NCBI GenBank assembly: GCA_026770705.1
Contig: JANJGN010000026.1
Span: 21,762,001-21,826,000, forward strand
Source: Isurus oxyrinchus
Taxonomy: Eukaryota
DNA: 64,000 bases
Direction of reading: 5' to 3'
The notes beneath the pieces were generated by a model. The model searched no databases, was not told the origin of the DNA, and saw only the letters and a program-made list of their open reading frames with translations. A program made the translations under genes and the position numbers. Positions 62,216 through 64,000 of the stretch are shown one piece after another. Every line of letters starts with the position of its first letter. Positions within the stretch are counted from its first letter, which is position 1.

Positions 62216-63705
62216 CACCCCTCCATCATTTTCACGTGGTCCATCTCTGACACTTCCCTTCCCTTCCTTGACCTCTCTGTCTCAATCTCTGGTGATAGAC
62301 TGTCCACCAATATCCATTACAAACCCACCGACTCCCACAGCTACCTCGACTACAGCTCCTCACACCCCGCTTCCTGTAAGGACTCCATCCCATTCTCCCA
62401 GTTCCTTCGCCTTCGTCGCATCTGTTCCGATGATGCTACCTTCAAAAACGGTTCCTCTGACATGTCCTCCTTCTTCCTTAACTGAGGTTTTCCACCGACG
62501 GTCGTTGACAGGGCCCTCAACCGTGTCCGGCCCATCTCCCGCGCATCCGCCCTCACGCCTTCTCCTCCCTCCCAGAAACATGATAGGGTCCCCCTTGTCC
62601 TCACTTATCACCCCACCAGCCTCCGCATTCAAAGGATCATCCTCCGCCATTTCCGCCAACTCCAGCATGATGCCACCACCAAACACATCTTCCCTTCACC
62701 CCCCTTATCGGCATTCCGTAGGGATCGCTCCCTCTGGGACACCCTGGTCCACTCCTCCATCACCCCCTACTCCTCAACCCCCTCCTATGGCACCACCCCA
62801 TGCCCACGCAAAAGATGTAACACCTGCCCCTTCACTTCCTCTCTCCTCACCGTCCAAGGGCCCAAACACTCCTTTCAAGTGAAGCAGCATTTCACTTGCA
62901 TTTCCCCCAACTTAGTCTACTGCATTCGTTGCTCCCAATGTGGTCTCCTCTACATTGGAGAGACCAAACGTAAACTGGGCGACCGCTTTGCAGAACACCT
63001 GCGGTCTGTCCGCAAGAATGACCCAAACCTCCCTGTCGCTTGCCATTTTAACACTCCACCCTGCTCTCTTGCCCACATGTCTGTCCTTGGCTTACTGCAT
63101 TGTTCCAGTGAAGCCCAACGCAAACTGGAGGAACAACACCTCATCTTCCGACTAGGTACCTTACAGCCTTCCGGTCTGAATATTGAATTCAATAACTTTA
63201 GGTCGTGAGCTCCCTCCCCCATCCCCACCCCCTTTCTGTTTCCCCCTTTTTTTCCCCTTTTTTTTCCCTATAAATTTTATAGATTTTTCTTTTCCCACCT
63301 ATTTCCATTATTTTTAAATATTTTAAAATCTTTTATGCTCCCCCCACCCCCACTAGAGCTGTACCTTGAGTGCCCTACCATCCATTCTTAATTAGCACAT
63401 TCGTTTAGATAATATCACCAACTTTAACTTTAACACCTATGTGTTCTTTTGTCCCATTGTCACTGACATCTTTTGATGATCTGCTTCTATCACTGCTTGT
63501 TTGTCTACACAAGCACCTCTGTCTCTCTCTCTCTCTCTCTGCCCCCCCACACACACACCTTAAACCAGCTTATATTTCAACTCTTTCTTGGACTCGAAAT
63601 CAAGTTCTCTCGAAGGGTCATGAAGACTCGAAACGTCAACTCTCTTCTTCTCCGCCGATGCTGCCAGACCTGCTGAGTTTTTCCAGGTAATTCTGTTTTT
63701 GTTTC
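62216..63705 (+). mobile_element. Penelope-like retroelement, 5'-truncated: RT C-terminus, GIY-YIG endonuclease, terminal repeat
   Basis: Frame 62216-63208: LPFLDL, YKPT, YLDYSSSHP, CxxxxCxxC, NLVYCIRC..CGLLYIGET.R.L.DRF.EH; one in-frame TGA at 62483. Confidence 0.93.
63603..63641 (+). ncRNA. Hammerhead-like motif in the Penelope terminal repeat (variant core)
   Basis: AGUU-CUCUCGA-A-GGGUC-augaa-GACUC-GAAA-C-GUC-AACU; the first box deviates from CUGANGA. Confidence 0.5.
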
Positions 63706-63809
63706 ACAACTAAAATCGTTGGTCCCAACTAGCTTCCAAAGTCCTTGAGGTTAAACCCAGAAGCTTCTCCTTCATCTCCACTCCAGCTCAAATTGATGCA
63801 ACAAAACAA

Positions 63810-63965
63810 AAGGAATTGGATAAGATCCTGGAGAGAAAACAAAACTACTGGGCTATGAGGAAAGGGCAGGGGAGTGGGACTAACTGATCTGTACTTGCAG
63901 AGAGACAGCACAGGTACGATGGACTTAATGGCCTCCTTCAGTATTGTAACCATTCAATGATTCTG
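63810..63965 (+). mobile_element. CR1 tail fragment
   Basis: GGGGAGTGGGACTA..ACGATGG..AATGGCCTCCTTC; paralogous to 21290-21445. Confidence 0.6.
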
Positions 63966-64000
63966 TGAAAAAGGACCCATTCTGGGGGCCGGGGATCAAC

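Noticed and set aside
62268-62882. 204-aa Pro/Ser-rich ORF and its antisense ORFs
   Set aside because: Shadow frames of the Penelope ORF

Overview
Eukaryotic, repeat-rich vertebrate DNA. The CR1/L2/RTE/Penelope/SINE mix and the ZNF style point to a cartilaginous fish (shark-like); this is inference. The window is a tandem cluster of about 12 C2H2 zinc-finger loci on both strands: 5 intact ORFs (7-13 fingers), 6 disrupted copies and 1 small relic. In each gene the whole CDS lies in one terminal exon, and no KRAB/SCAN/BTB/ZAD-type effector domain is visible. Most genes are preceded by copies of one CpG-rich CCAAT/GC-box/NRF1-like promoter cassette that occurs in both orientations. Two gene lineages (A: start MEGK; B: start MEKPW after decayed 5' fingers) are marked by shared old TE insertions and show chimerism. 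The spacers hold decayed LINEs, two LTR-like inserts, minisatellites, a young 5'-truncated Penelope element and several ~105-bp Penelope-terminal inserts carrying hammerhead-ribozyme-like motifs, two with 8-bp target-site duplications. All boundaries were read by eye and TE edges are approximate; no database search was run.
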